DNA of 64,000 bases from Candidatus Latescibacterota bacterium (lineage in GTDB: Bacteria; Latescibacterota; UBA2968): positions 2,731,235-2,795,234 of the forward strand of contig OZ242311.1 in NCBI GenBank assembly GCA_965207885.1, in the 5' to 3' direction. Below, one piece after another: positions 36,127 to 46,172 of the stretch (the stretch's first letter is position 1; each line of letters opens with the position of its first letter). The notes under the pieces were generated by a model. The model worked only from the letters and a program-made list of their open reading frames with translations, was not told the origin of the DNA and did no database searches. The position numbers and the translations under genes are program-made.

Positions 36127-37053
36127 CTAATCAGCAACGATTCTCTGATCAGAAGCACGCGTTTCGCTATTTTCATCCCCAAAAGCCGCGTTGTCTTCGT
36201 CGTAATATCTGTTGTATCGTATGTTATTCCCCCCGCTTACCCACACGGCGCGAAACAGCGTTTGCCGTTTTGGCGGCATTGTAGCAATCACTTCTTTGGG
36301 TACGCTGCGACCTCCCCATCTGCTGTTTACGGCATTGTAGAGGTGAAATAAGCTCAACCGCTGGCGATTCTCGTTTGTCCACCGAGTACCGGTATGACAT
36401 AGTGCTTCTGTGAAGATCATCGCAGAACCTGCAGGACATGTATATGTATCCCAAATTTCGCTCTCGCGGTTGCTCAATGAATCAGGTCGGCTAAATGCCG
36501 CCTTGTGGCTACCGGAAGCCAGCAGGGTGCCCCCGTCACCCGGCCCGATCTCATTCAATTCCCAAACCACGCGTGTCAATCCTGAATGCACCTTGCCTGG
36601 AAGCATCTGGTAGATGTGTGAATTTCCAATGAGATTGAAATAGCCGCTGCCCCCGTGAGGCTTGAATCGATCGTATCCCACCTCGCGATAGTCAGTGCGT
36701 GTGCGCTCAAATGTAAACCCATAACAGTCCTCGGTTGCCAACTGCTGACTTGCAACAATCTCATTCAAAATCCCGACAATCACGGGATGATCCAGCAGTG
36801 CTTGAGAAGGTCCTCCCACCGGATTCCGTTCTTCTGGCGGAAGCGACTCAGGCTCCTTAACGAGCTTCATCTGATGTTCGTGAATCTCTGCCAACTGATC
36901 GCCTTCAACCAATCCCGGCAGGCAAATCCAGCCCTTCATATCAAACAGGTACTTGTGCTCTTCGGTCATGGGAATGACCGGGAGCCCATCGGCATTGGTT
37001 GTCGGTAACATTTTGCCCACATCAGGCTCCAGGTTTGGACGTCCTCGATTCAT
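36127..37053 (-). CDS. PhyH family Fe(II)/2OG dioxygenase
   Basis: AAGGAG lies 8 nt upstream of the ATG at 37053. MTEEHKYLFDMKGWICLPG, GGTLLASGSHKAAF and GSAMIFTEALCHTGTRW motifs. Confidence 0.85.
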   Translation of the reverse strand: MNRGRPNLEPDVGKMLPTTNADGLPVIPMTEEHKYLFDMKGWICLPGLVEGDQLAEIHEHQMKLVKEPESLPPEERNPVGGPSQALLDHPVIVGILNEIVASQQLATEDCYGFTFERTRTDYREVGYDRFKPHGGSGYFNLIGNSHIYQMLPGKVHSGLTRVVWELNEIGPGDGGTLLASGSHKAAFSRPDSLSNRESEIWDTYTCPAGSAMIFTEALCHTGTRWTNENRQRLSLFHLYNAVNSRWGGRSVPKEVIATMPPKRQTLFRAVWVSGGNNIRYNRYYDEDNAAFGDENSETRASDQRIVAD

Positions 37054-37081
37054 AGCTAACTCCTTTCTGTTATTATGGGAA

Positions 37082-37909
37082 TTATTTCCCTTTTGACGTA
37101 TCTAACCAGCTGAGGCACACCCGTTGTCGAGTGGCGATTTCCTTTTTGTGGGTGTAGTGCGCCGTTTCGAGCAATTCGAGTGTTTCGGGCGCCAGCCGCT
37201 CTTTGACCGCCTCAGGAATGGGACGGCCGGGCTGGCGGTGGTGTGGGCGGTAGCGCAACGTTAACACCCGGCGTTGGCGATCGACGGGTTTCCAGGGCAG
37301 GACCCCGTGGGTCAGGCATTCGGGTATAATGACCACATCCCCAGCTGAGGGCGTGATATTGATGACTCCCAACGGGACTTCTCCTTCGATGCGACCCTGG
37401 GAAAATAGCTGCGGTGGCCGGTCAAACTGGCTTTTGTGCGAACCCGGAAGCACGAGGAGCCCGCCATCACCTGGATGTACATCGTCCAAGTAGGGAAACA
37501 CCACAAAGTCGTCGCAATAGATACGGCCCTGGTGTATCTCGTAACGGGCGCTCTCAAAGCCGTAGTCGTCGCGGGCGCAGTGCAGCGGACTCGCCTCGGT
37601 GTGTCCGTCGGGGTCGTCGACCATGAGGGTACCGCTGGCGAGCATAGGTTTGCCGTTTGTCAGCTCCAGCACGATGGGCCAGACTGCGGGCAGAAAGACC
37701 AGCTTTTCCAGCGCCCGGTCAAAGGCGAAGCCGTGAGCAAAGCCCTTGAGATTTTCTGATTGTCCGAAATGCGGCGGCAGGTCTTCCGGTGCGCTGTCGA
37801 TGTAGCGCCTGGCAGCCTCCGAAGCCGCATCCAGTTCCTCCGGAGTCAGGACGTTCTTCAGGTGCAGAAAACCGCATAGATCAAAAAGATAGCGTTGTTC
37901 TTCGGTCAT
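37082..37909 (-). CDS. PhyH family Fe(II)/2OG dioxygenase
   Basis: MTEEQRYLFDLCGFLHLKNVLTPEELD, GGLLVLPGSHKSQF and GDVVIIPECLTHGVLPW motifs. Confidence 0.85.
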   Translation of the reverse strand: MTEEQRYLFDLCGFLHLKNVLTPEELDAASEAARRYIDSAPEDLPPHFGQSENLKGFAHGFAFDRALEKLVFLPAVWPIVLELTNGKPMLASGTLMVDDPDGHTEASPLHCARDDYGFESARYEIHQGRIYCDDFVVFPYLDDVHPGDGGLLVLPGSHKSQFDRPPQLFSQGRIEGEVPLGVINITPSAGDVVIIPECLTHGVLPWKPVDRQRRVLTLRYRPHHRQPGRPIPEAVKERLAPETLELLETAHYTHKKEIATRQRVCLSWLDTSKGK

Positions 37910-38190
37910 TATCGTCAGCCTTGCCTTTCGTCAAAACAGTGAATTTGGACCCCTTAGAATCAAAGAAGCTATTTTCCGTTGTTGTTATAGTCCCACCGCG
38001 AACACTCACGCACCATCGGCAGTGGGCGAGATGTAAAATCATCTTTGAACAGTTTCTAAACTCTGTTAAGTTTTTTGTTATGATCTTGCCCAGTTTCCAA
38101 CCCTATTGAGGCTTAAGTCTATGAAACCCATGGCGCGTTTGTCGTTTTGCATACCTGCAGATCAGCGAGTAGATTTCCAGGAGGCCTTCC

Positions 38191-39237
38191 ATGGCTGATC
38201 CCGAAATCCTGGTGCTGGGCGGTCCCGAGCGCGATCTCTATCTGGCCCCGGCCGATCTGGAGCGCCTGGATAGCTTTGCGAATTGGACATGGCTCCCCTG
38301 TGAAGCGGGTCAGATCCAGCCCGGTCACCAGACCGAATTGTCGCGACGGCTGGCGTCCGTCCAGGCCCTGGTCGTCTATTCGGGGGCGCCCCATATCGGT
38401 CCCGAACTCATGGAACAAGCCCCCGAGCTACGCCTCATCGGCGAATTGAACGGCGATCGTTTCGCCGAGCGCATCGACGTGGAGGCGGCCTGGCAACGGG
38501 ATATCCGCGTTGTTGACACCACCAATGGCTCGTCCTACCCTGTCTCTGAGTGGGCCCTGGGCCTTATTCTCGTATCGTTGCGCAACGCCGGTTATTATCT
38601 GCGCCGCTACATGGAGGGAAATTGCCGCAAAACCCGCGACAACCCCAGCTTCCTGCGCGGCGAACTCACCGGCAAGACCGTGGGACTGATCGGCTGCGGC
38701 CATGCGGGCCGTCGCCTAATAGAATTGCTGCGTCCTTTCCGGGTCGCCATTCAGGTTTACGACCCCTACCTGCCTGGAACCATGGCCGAAGCCCTGGGCT
38801 TTCTCCTGACCTCACTCGAACAGGTCCTGTCGAGCTCCGATGCGATTGTCTGTCTGGCCCCGCAGACCCCCGGGACCCAGGGCATGATCGGTCGGGCAGA
38901 ACTGGATCTGATCCCCTCGGGGGCTGTACTGGTCAACGTCTCCCGCGGTCCCATCATCGATTCGGTCGCCCTGGTCGAACGCCTCAAGCGCGGCGATATT
39001 ATCGCTGGCCTCGATGTTTTCGACCCCGACCCTATCCCCGACGGCCACGAAATAACCGGGCTGGACAATGTATTCCTTACGCCCCATATCGCTGGCGTCA
39101 CCCGGGCCGCCTACTGGCGCTTTTTCGAGCTGATGGTGGACGAACTAGACCGCTTTTTCCACGGCTTTGAGCCCTATTTCGAATTGACCCAGCGCACCCT
39201 GGACGACCGCAGCGGCCGTCGCCCCGCCACTCATTAA
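38191..39237 (+). CDS. D-isomer-specific 2-hydroxyacid dehydrogenase family, NAD-binding
   Basis: AGGAGG Shine-Dalgarno site. GKTVGLIGCGHAGRRL Rossmann motif, LVNVSRGPIID, and DVFDPDP...TPHIAGVT. Confidence 0.85.
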   Translation: MADPEILVLGGPERDLYLAPADLERLDSFANWTWLPCEAGQIQPGHQTELSRRLASVQALVVYSGAPHIGPELMEQAPELRLIGELNGDRFAERIDVEAAWQRDIRVVDTTNGSSYPVSEWALGLILVSLRNAGYYLRRYMEGNCRKTRDNPSFLRGELTGKTVGLIGCGHAGRRLIELLRPFRVAIQVYDPYLPGTMAEALGFLLTSLEQVLSSSDAIVCLAPQTPGTQGMIGRAELDLIPSGAVLVNVSRGPIIDSVALVERLKRGDIIAGLDVFDPDPIPDGHEITGLDNVFLTPHIAGVTRAAYWRFFELMVDELDRFFHGFEPYFELTQRTLDDRSGRRPATH

Positions 39238-39298
39238 AAAGAGGTCGGTTTAGTGATTACTCCCACCCTAAAGGACAAATATTTATGGTCTTCATTTT

Positions 39299-40282
39299 TT
39301 AAGTCTCTTTGGGTGAAAGCAGAAAATGGTCAAACCACGCGACCATCTGCTCGAAGTACTCAACGAGAAAGCGATGATTGCCGTCGGGTTGATAGACTTT
39401 AAAACGATTATCGTGTCCTATTGCTGCATAGGCTTTTTTTACAACGGGTATAAGAGCATCGACGCCTTGACGCGGCATGTCTTCGTCCCGGGTGGGCGAG
39501 ATCATCATAAAGGGGCGCGGAGGCATGCAGGTGGCTACGACGCGCGGATGATCAAAGTGACACAGGAAGTTGGGGATGTAGTAATAGGCACTGTGTCGTT
39601 CGTTGTCGCTATGGTGAATGACGCTGGCCAGGCTGCCAAGGCCACCACAGACAGTTACGCCTGCCGCGATCCAGGGTGCGCACGCCATTGAATACCAGGT
39701 TGCGTTGCCGCCAAGCGACATGCCTGTCAGGCCAATGCGGCTTTTGTCAACGCCATTTATCGCGCAAAGAATTCGAGCGGCTCTGAGTGTTTCTTCGACG
39801 AGAATGCCCATCTGGCTTCGTCCATACGGAGTCAGGAGCTTGTTCTCGGTTGCCCATTCTTCAATGCTGCGGCGTCTTCCTTCTGTGCCTTTGATCGAGA
39901 TGGCCAGTGTCGTGAACCCTCTTCGCGCGAGTTCACGTCCCCAGCCAATCAATGGACCATCGGGAGATTGATGGAATTGTGGATGAGCGACCCGTTCGGC
40001 AGAGCCGGATGTGCCAGAAATGCATACGATTCCCGGTCGCAATTTTCCCGTATGTCCAGGCGGTTCCAGGAGGATGGCCGGAACGGTTTCGTGCAGTGAG
40101 TTCTGATAGCTCAGATGGGTGACGCGAATGTCTTCGGTTTCTCGCGTTTCTGAGGTTGTGAAATCTACGTTGTCTGGAATTGTAGCCAGTCCCAGAAGCT
40201 CTATGAGCTTTGCACGGATATCTGAGTCGGCAAGGTCAGATGTGGATGCTGGCTGGATGTCAGGTGGTATGATAGGAAACAT
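39299..40282 (-). CDS. alpha/beta hydrolase (dienelactone-hydrolase/esterase-like), cytoplasmic
   Basis: Nucleophile elbow GLTGMSLGGN and a C-terminal His block DGNHRF. It shares overall architecture with the gene at 49956. Confidence 0.7.
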   Translation of the reverse strand: MFPIIPPDIQPASTSDLADSDIRAKLIELLGLATIPDNVDFTTSETRETEDIRVTHLSYQNSLHETVPAILLEPPGHTGKLRPGIVCISGTSGSAERVAHPQFHQSPDGPLIGWGRELARRGFTTLAISIKGTEGRRRSIEEWATENKLLTPYGRSQMGILVEETLRAARILCAINGVDKSRIGLTGMSLGGNATWYSMACAPWIAAGVTVCGGLGSLASVIHHSDNERHSAYYYIPNFLCHFDHPRVVATCMPPRPFMMISPTRDEDMPRQGVDALIPVVKKAYAAIGHDNRFKVYQPDGNHRFLVEYFEQMVAWFDHFLLSPKET

Positions 40283-40302
40283 ATCGAGAAACCTTTATCA
40301 TC

Positions 40303-41763
40303 TCACGGTTTTTGCACGACAAATTCCGGCCGTGGAATCATGCGTTCTGGATTCCGTTCGTAACCTCGTTTCCACAACTCCTCCACAAGCCTTCCACTTT
40401 TAGCCAGTTCTTGGCGAAGTGCCTGCTGGTCTGCCTTTGCCCTCTGATCAATCGCTTCCGGGCAGCACACCTGGTATAGTATTCGCCGAAGCCGAGCCAG
40501 TTTCTGAGACGCATCGGGACGCTCCGCAAGATCTTGCATCTCCAAAGGATCCTCTGCAAGGTCAAACAACATCGGTCTTTCCCCAACGCACGCTACATAT
40601 TTATCTGAACCCGATCTAAGAGCAAATGCGCTTCCCGGAAGGCCCGGCCCATGGAATTCACTGATAGCGAATTCGGGAAGCGCCGCACCCGGCTCGCCCC
40701 TCAAGGATCCCAGCAAGGATGTCCCCCGCATGTGTGTTGGCGAAGGCAACTCCAGGGCTTCCGAGAATGTCTGGAAAAGATCGAGATGTGAAACAGGTGC
40801 AGGCTCGGACCCTCCTGACTCTATGCCGGGTCCAGCCACGATCATGGGTACGCGAATTGAATCCTCATACATCGATCCCATTCCGGAATTGCGATGTGCC
40901 CCCATGCTGCCACCGTGATCCGAAGCATAGGCGACCAGGGTCGAATCCCAGAGATTCTCGGTGTCTATGGCTTTGAGCACGCGCCCCACGTTGCGATCTG
41001 CCATCTCACAGATGCCGTGGTAGCCTACCAGACCACGGCGCAACTCTTCGGATGTGCAAAGATCGCTGCACGTGTAACGAACAAAATCCCTGTGGAAGGG
41101 GTGCAGTCGAGAAACGGGTTCCGAATAGCGCTCGTCCAGGTCTTCGGTTCGCACCAGCGGATCGTAGTAATCCCATAGCTCCTGCGGCGGATTCCATCCG
41201 GGATGGGGCTGTTTGATATTCACTATCAGGACCCAGGGGCGATCTTGTGGGCGTTCATTCATCAGCCACTGTACCGCTTCTTCCACGACCTGCGCGTCGT
41301 GCTGGTGTTCCCCACGCCTACTTGCAGGACCCGCTTCCCGCAATCGATGCAGGTGATGGTATCGGGGTTGCACGCGGCCCTCTTCGAACAGCGTGTGTAC
41401 GTCCAGACTCTCCCGTGCCTTGGCCAGGCGCATATCTTCCACTCCAGCATCACTGCCCGGTTTGTAATCGAGCTTGCCAATGGTCGTAAGCACGACACCA
41501 TTTTCTGCAAAGTAATGCCCCCAGCCTCTGGGCACTCCTGAATAGGGAAACGCATTGTCCCAGGTGGAGATTTCGTGAACATACCGTCCCGCCATCATCG
41601 CTCCCCGAGAAGGCGCGCACAGAGGACTTGGACAATAGGCACTGTCGAATCTCTTTCCTCGTCTGGCGAGCGCATCGATGTGAGGCGTACGGGTAATGGA
41701 ACTACCGTAACAACCGGAAAACTCCGGGTTGTGTCGATCGGTCATGATATAAACGACATTCAT
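40303..41763 (-). CDS. Cys-type sulfatase, no signal peptide
   Basis: The ATG at 41763 (MNVVYIMTDRHN) has GAGGTG 7 nt upstream. PLCAPSRGAMMAGRY and ASDHGGSMGAH motifs. The track start at 41967 overlaps the upstream gene. Confidence 0.85.
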   Translation of the reverse strand: MNVVYIMTDRHNPEFSGCYGSSITRTPHIDALARRGKRFDSAYCPSPLCAPSRGAMMAGRYVHEISTWDNAFPYSGVPRGWGHYFAENGVVLTTIGKLDYKPGSDAGVEDMRLAKARESLDVHTLFEEGRVQPRYHHLHRLREAGPASRRGEHQHDAQVVEEAVQWLMNERPQDRPWVLIVNIKQPHPGWNPPQELWDYYDPLVRTEDLDERYSEPVSRLHPFHRDFVRYTCSDLCTSEELRRGLVGYHGICEMADRNVGRVLKAIDTENLWDSTLVAYASDHGGSMGAHRNSGMGSMYEDSIRVPMIVAGPGIESGGSEPAPVSHLDLFQTFSEALELPSPTHMRGTSLLGSLRGEPGAALPEFAISEFHGPGLPGSAFALRSGSDKYVACVGERPMLFDLAEDPLEMQDLAERPDASQKLARLRRILYQVCCPEAIDQRAKADQQALRQELAKSGRLVEELWKRGYERNPERMIPRPEFVVQKP

Positions 41764-41800
41764 AGCAGTCACCTCGGTGCGCGTTGTCAATGTCGGCATC

Positions 41801-42619
41801 TTAAGCCGTTGGAACATATCCCAGCTGGTCGTTATGTGCCACAGCTTCGGGGAAGGTCTCGTGAAGGTGGTCGAGAACCATCTCAATCTTACACCTGCAC
41901 AAAGAGCTGGGATAGGGCATCTCGCCGGTACGCCGGAAAAATGCCCCGTTCTTTTCGTGAAAATCACCCCGCCGGTCCATGAACTGCCCCCAGTGTCCCA
42001 TCGTGTATCGCATCTCTGTTCTTCTCTCAGCGCTCTGAATCCAGGCCTCGGGAAACAGCATTTGAAACCGCGGTGCCGAATTCATCCAGCTGCCGCATCG
42101 AACCACTTTTACTTCCGGCCGATGTACTTTCGAATCTCTGAGCAGCCTGATTAGCGATGCCGCAAACTGTATGTGCATATCGCTGAGGGGAGATTTTGGC
42201 TGGTAAACATTGGCAATATGAAGGCTCAACGAGTCCTCGTGCTTGTAGTCATGATTCCAACATTCGTGTGAACGATCGCCAGGTCTGGGCTGTTCGTTAC
42301 CCAACGTGCGAATGCGCGCTTCCATAAGTGGCCAGAGGATCGCAAGTCCCCTGATCTCCACGGATTCACTATCATTACCATACTTGTCGAAGATTTCTCC
42401 CAATTTCCCTACAATGACGTTCCATTCGGGATCTTCGTCTCCCGCTGCCGGATGGTGGTTGCCGTTGTAGAGTGAGGTATTCCGGTACAGATTGACTCGC
42501 ACGTTGACGGTATCTTCCAGATCGCCGAGATTTTCCTGCAGCCGTTTGTTCGCGTACCAAAGGCTCAACCGGGTGAATTCCCGAGCATAATGCACGCGAA
42601 TCGGATCCAGATCGGACAT
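41801..42619 (-). CDS. hypothetical protein (possibly GNAT-C-like/acyltransferase-associated fold)
   Basis: The ATG at 42619 (MSDLDPIRVHY) has GGGGG upstream. The ..VVRCGSWMNSAPRFQMLFPEAW.. segment recalls C-terminal domains of some acyltransferase-like proteins. The call is weak. Confidence 0.55.
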   Translation of the reverse strand: MSDLDPIRVHYAREFTRLSLWYANKRLQENLGDLEDTVNVRVNLYRNTSLYNGNHHPAAGDEDPEWNVIVGKLGEIFDKYGNDSESVEIRGLAILWPLMEARIRTLGNEQPRPGDRSHECWNHDYKHEDSLSLHIANVYQPKSPLSDMHIQFAASLIRLLRDSKVHRPEVKVVRCGSWMNSAPRFQMLFPEAWIQSAERRTEMRYTMGHWGQFMDRRGDFHEKNGAFFRRTGEMPYPSSLCRCKIEMVLDHLHETFPEAVAHNDQLGYVPTA

Positions 42620-42647
42620 TGATTCTACCCCCGTTGTTCGTATTGCG

Positions 42648-44834
42648 TTAATCTTTTCCTCTGCCGGATTTTGCACCAAAATCCTGCCAGCCCCAATCCA
42701 GATGGATTCGGGGTATGGAAAACTCGTAATACCAGCGAATACTCACGGGTTCGTGTTGAGGTTCCAGGTATGCATAAAAAAGAGCAGATCGGCCCGTCAC
42801 TTCATCCAGCATCCCTGCAGGCGTGAGTTCCGACAACAGGTTCGGATCCTCTTCCACTTCCAGGTAACGCAGCAAATCATTTGTGTGGTTTTCGGCGCCG
42901 CTGGAATTCACCTGAACGGGTGTCTCATGTTCATTCCACCACGGCAAGTCCGATGCTGGTTGAGATTCTCCGTCTGCCGCCTTTGCCCAGATCGGTGTAC
43001 TCCAGGCAAACTCTCCATCGTTCTGGCGAAGCCGTATGTAGTAGGCATTCTCTTTGAGCGGATGCTCATCCACGTAAGTCAGATCTACGTCCAGCGTGTT
43101 CGGACGCCAGGTCTTCAAGCGTCGATCATTCCGGATGAGATCTACGCGCTGCACTGTTGAGCATGCGTGAGCTACCACGCGAATTCTGGCTGGGCCTGAA
43201 AGCTGTATCTCGCTACCAGCGGGATTGTCCTCTACCGAAACCATCAGAATGATTCGAGCCCCGGTCGTTGCAAAGGTTCGTTTTTCAGCGACAGCTTGCC
43301 AGATGGCCTTTCGTTCACAGTGAGTGGCCCACACACCTGCCAGAGGACCCGATCCAAATCCGGTGTCACGGATGTTGAGCACCTTGTTGAACCGACCCCG
43401 GAAGCAATGGGGAGCCATTGGGGCGCCCAGTGTGGGCAGATGGATATCTCCCGATCCGATAACGGCCGGTCGATAGCCGTACCTCAGTGCCTTCTGCAAG
43501 AGCCACTCGAAAGCGCCGTGACCGCTGGCCACTTCCAGCAGTGGTTCGACATTTGGCCGATATTTGTCCCAATTTGGCGGTCCCCCTCCAACGTGGGATT
43601 CAAGAAGAACATCCTCCCGATCTCCGTAGGTTTCCAGCAGGGTTTCCATCGACGAAAAGGTCGGCAGGTACCCATCTTCCATCTCCCGGAACACGACGTT
43701 TCGGTCCCCTCCGGAGCGCGTGTGAACTTCCGATGCCAGGAAGGGCACATATATTCCGGGCTCATCGTGATTGGTATATGCCTGTTGAAAGGCTTCCCAC
43801 AGTTCAGGTTCGTCAGCCTGATCTGGTGGCGACATGGGGCCCGGAGCCGCAAAATCCAGCCGTCCCACTTCGCGGGCTTGCCTGTGTCGGGCATCCGGAT
43901 CCAACTTGAAGCTGGGCTCGTCCATCAGCGCCATGGACGTATCGCCCCAGGCGTGGGAGTGAAAGTCTCCCCAGAGCAGCCGGAAGTCCGGAGAATTCTG
44001 GCAGAATATCGGATTGCTTATGGCTCGAAGGTCTCCATCCCTCGCTTCAAAGCGATAAACGCCAGGGTGGTCAATCTGCACGTCCTCCAACCTCAGGACG
44101 CCGTTATGTACTGGCTCAAACACGGCTCGATCCGGCAGGCCCGATACATTGTCGGGGGCAGTTAACTGGACGACGCCCCGATATTGTTCACACACATTTC
44201 GATGGATATCGAAAGCGACCAGATTGAGGTGAAAAGATTCGTCCTGTTCGACAATGGATGGTCCCAGGATTCGCAGCATATCTGCGGATGCTTCTGAAGT
44301 AATGCGAATCCGGATCTCCCCACCCGCGATGCTGACAAATTCACCACCGCCATTGCGATCTACCGCTGCCTCCAGTCGCGCCATTGTAGTCGAGTCATAA
44401 ACTTCAGCACCTGGACCACCCCCGCAGCGATCACCGATTCGCAATCTGACCCAATCTCCTTTTCGAAGGATCCCTTTCGATACTCGGATTCTCGCAACTT
44501 CGGGTTCGTGACCGTGGTCGGAATTGACAGTCAGGTCCAGCCCGGCGTCAGAATTTGACTCCATTGTCACATAGTCGCGTCCCAGTGGGTTATTCAACTG
44601 AGGGACGTGGCCCATGAGGAATCCGCGGCGGAAGAAGCAGAATCCACCACCATCCTGCACATCCGCTGCAGCAGTAAATGTGATCTCCCATGTGCCGACT
44701 TTCCCGGCAGACAAATTGAATGTGGATCCCGATGCAACAGAACCATCTGCACCCCGAAACAGGACCTCAAATCCGTCGGGTTCATCCCCGGGAATCGAGG
44801 CATGGATCCACTCTATGCGAGCGTTTTTTGACAT
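42648..44834 (-). CDS. large PHP/DUF3604-like metallohydrolase, paralog B (728 aa)
   Basis: LLWGDFHSHAWGD (D-x-H-x-H), EVHTRSGGD, VASGHGAFEW, VIGSGDIH and CERKAIWQAVAEKRTFATTGARIIL motifs. It also has an N-terminal region of about 290 aa and a C-terminal extension of about 110 aa of unknown type. Confidence 0.7.
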   Translation of the reverse strand: MSKNARIEWIHASIPGDEPDGFEVLFRGADGSVASGSTFNLSAGKVGTWEITFTAAADVQDGGGFCFFRRGFLMGHVPQLNNPLGRDYVTMESNSDAGLDLTVNSDHGHEPEVARIRVSKGILRKGDWVRLRIGDRCGGGPGAEVYDSTTMARLEAAVDRNGGGEFVSIAGGEIRIRITSEASADMLRILGPSIVEQDESFHLNLVAFDIHRNVCEQYRGVVQLTAPDNVSGLPDRAVFEPVHNGVLRLEDVQIDHPGVYRFEARDGDLRAISNPIFCQNSPDFRLLWGDFHSHAWGDTSMALMDEPSFKLDPDARHRQAREVGRLDFAAPGPMSPPDQADEPELWEAFQQAYTNHDEPGIYVPFLASEVHTRSGGDRNVVFREMEDGYLPTFSSMETLLETYGDREDVLLESHVGGGPPNWDKYRPNVEPLLEVASGHGAFEWLLQKALRYGYRPAVIGSGDIHLPTLGAPMAPHCFRGRFNKVLNIRDTGFGSGPLAGVWATHCERKAIWQAVAEKRTFATTGARIILMVSVEDNPAGSEIQLSGPARIRVVAHACSTVQRVDLIRNDRRLKTWRPNTLDVDLTYVDEHPLKENAYYIRLRQNDGEFAWSTPIWAKAADGESQPASDLPWWNEHETPVQVNSSGAENHTNDLLRYLEVEEDPNLLSELTPAGMLDEVTGRSALFYAYLEPQHEPVSIRWYYEFSIPRIHLDWGWQDFGAKSGRGKD

Positions 44835-46114
44835 ACGGTATCATCCGTTAATTCAGAAAGCCGCGAACGGTTGTCATATACCTTCTGAAATGCCTCTGCC
44901 GTTTGTTCGACCCAGATCGGATCGGGATCTACAGGGGTAGATAGCCAGAAGCACGTGCTATGTATCCTTTCGCTGATCGGCAGGCTGCCCGGTCGATACG
45001 ATTTTCTCGCGTTATCTGGAAGATATCCCCAGGGACCCCCAAGGCCCTCGAATGAGAAATCGTTGAACAGTGACTCCAGATGCATTACACCATACCCGTA
45101 AGGCGTTATCTCCGGCTTTGTCCGCACTCCTTCGGCTACCAGCGCTTCCAGAACCTTCGACACGGGTACTCCATAGGCTTCGGGATCGACCAGACCCGCA
45201 TACAACAAGAGACCGCCGCGGGTAGCCTTTGGATAGGCCTTCTGAGTCTCAACCCCCTCTACATTCTCGAGAAGCTCGTCCATTTGTGCAAACCACTTTC
45301 GGCGCTTTTCGTTGAGCTCTGAAAGGCGTTCGAGCCGCCCCCGAGCCATCGCGATACCAAAAGGATTCGCTCTGTATTTGACGCCCAGGCCCATGTTGTG
45401 CAATCCCTTAAACCGATCGGTTTTCCACGATCCCCCGCAACGACCGTACTGTCCCAATGCCATCATCTGATCATAGAGATCATCGTCATCTGTCACCACC
45501 ACCCCGGCCTCCAATCCCGTAACTGGCTTGCTGCCCTGCAGGCTGAAGCATCCAATGTGGCCAATGCTGCCCACTGGCTTGCCATCCCACAGAGCGCCGT
45601 GTGCGTGAGAGGCGTCTTCAATCAGCTTGATATCGGTTCCGGCGATCAGGTCCAGCAGTCCATCCATATCCGCCGGATTCCCATAGACGTGTGTGACGAC
45701 AATCGCGCATGTCCTGTCTGTGATTCGTTGCTTTACATCTTCCGGATCCGCACAGAAGGTGTTCGGATCTACTTCGCAGAATACTGGTGTTGCGCCGCAG
45801 TGGAGGATGGGTGAAATCGTGGCATGCCAGGTGACCGATGGCACGATCACTTCTTTGCCAACACCGGCACCTGCAGCAAAAATGGCCGAGTGCAAAGCTG
45901 CGGTTCCGTTGCACGTACAGATCGCGTGCTGGGTCTTTACCAGTTTGCTGAAACCAGATTCGAAGAGCTCGAGATGTCGCCGGGCTGTGTTCGGATCGTC
46001 CAGTACCTCGTTCACGTACGACTTTTCGAGCGGGCCGATATTTTCCCACCCATCTCCTACCGGAGCCGTAACGGCCTTTGGGCCCCCTTCAATTGCCAGA
46101 AGTGATTGTGCCAT
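44813..46114 (-). CDS. DegT/DnrJ/EryC1/StrS-family PLP-dependent aminotransferase/dehydratase
   Basis: CNGTAALHSAIFAAG, IVPSVTWHAT, IEDASHAHGA and FSLQGSKPVT (PLP lysine) motifs. The 3' end overlaps the start of paralog B by 22 nt. Confidence 0.85.
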   Translation of the reverse strand: MAQSLLAIEGGPKAVTAPVGDGWENIGPLEKSYVNEVLDDPNTARRHLELFESGFSKLVKTQHAICTCNGTAALHSAIFAAGAGVGKEVIVPSVTWHATISPILHCGATPVFCEVDPNTFCADPEDVKQRITDRTCAIVVTHVYGNPADMDGLLDLIAGTDIKLIEDASHAHGALWDGKPVGSIGHIGCFSLQGSKPVTGLEAGVVVTDDDDLYDQMMALGQYGRCGGSWKTDRFKGLHNMGLGVKYRANPFGIAMARGRLERLSELNEKRRKWFAQMDELLENVEGVETQKAYPKATRGGLLLYAGLVDPEAYGVPVSKVLEALVAEGVRTKPEITPYGYGVMHLESLFNDFSFEGLGGPWGYLPDNARKSYRPGSLPISERIHSTCFWLSTPVDPDPIWVEQTAEAFQKVYDNRSRLSELTDDTVCQKTLA

Positions 46115-46172
46115 GGTATTCTCCTAAAGTAATCTTTACCCTGGTTGAGATTTTTGGAATCAAAAAAGGTTC

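Noticed and set aside
40303-41967. N-terminal extensions proposed by the ORF track for several genes (41967, 34713, 15858, 18707, 42679, 2958, 26540, 60377)
   Set aside because: Each extension overlaps a neighbouring gene or lacks a Shine-Dalgarno site. An internal start with a good Shine-Dalgarno site coincides with the start of family homology or of a signal peptide.
43296-44165. 289-aa plus-strand ORF antisense to PHP-like paralog B
   Set aside because: For the same reason. The minus-strand frame is conserved against its paralog.
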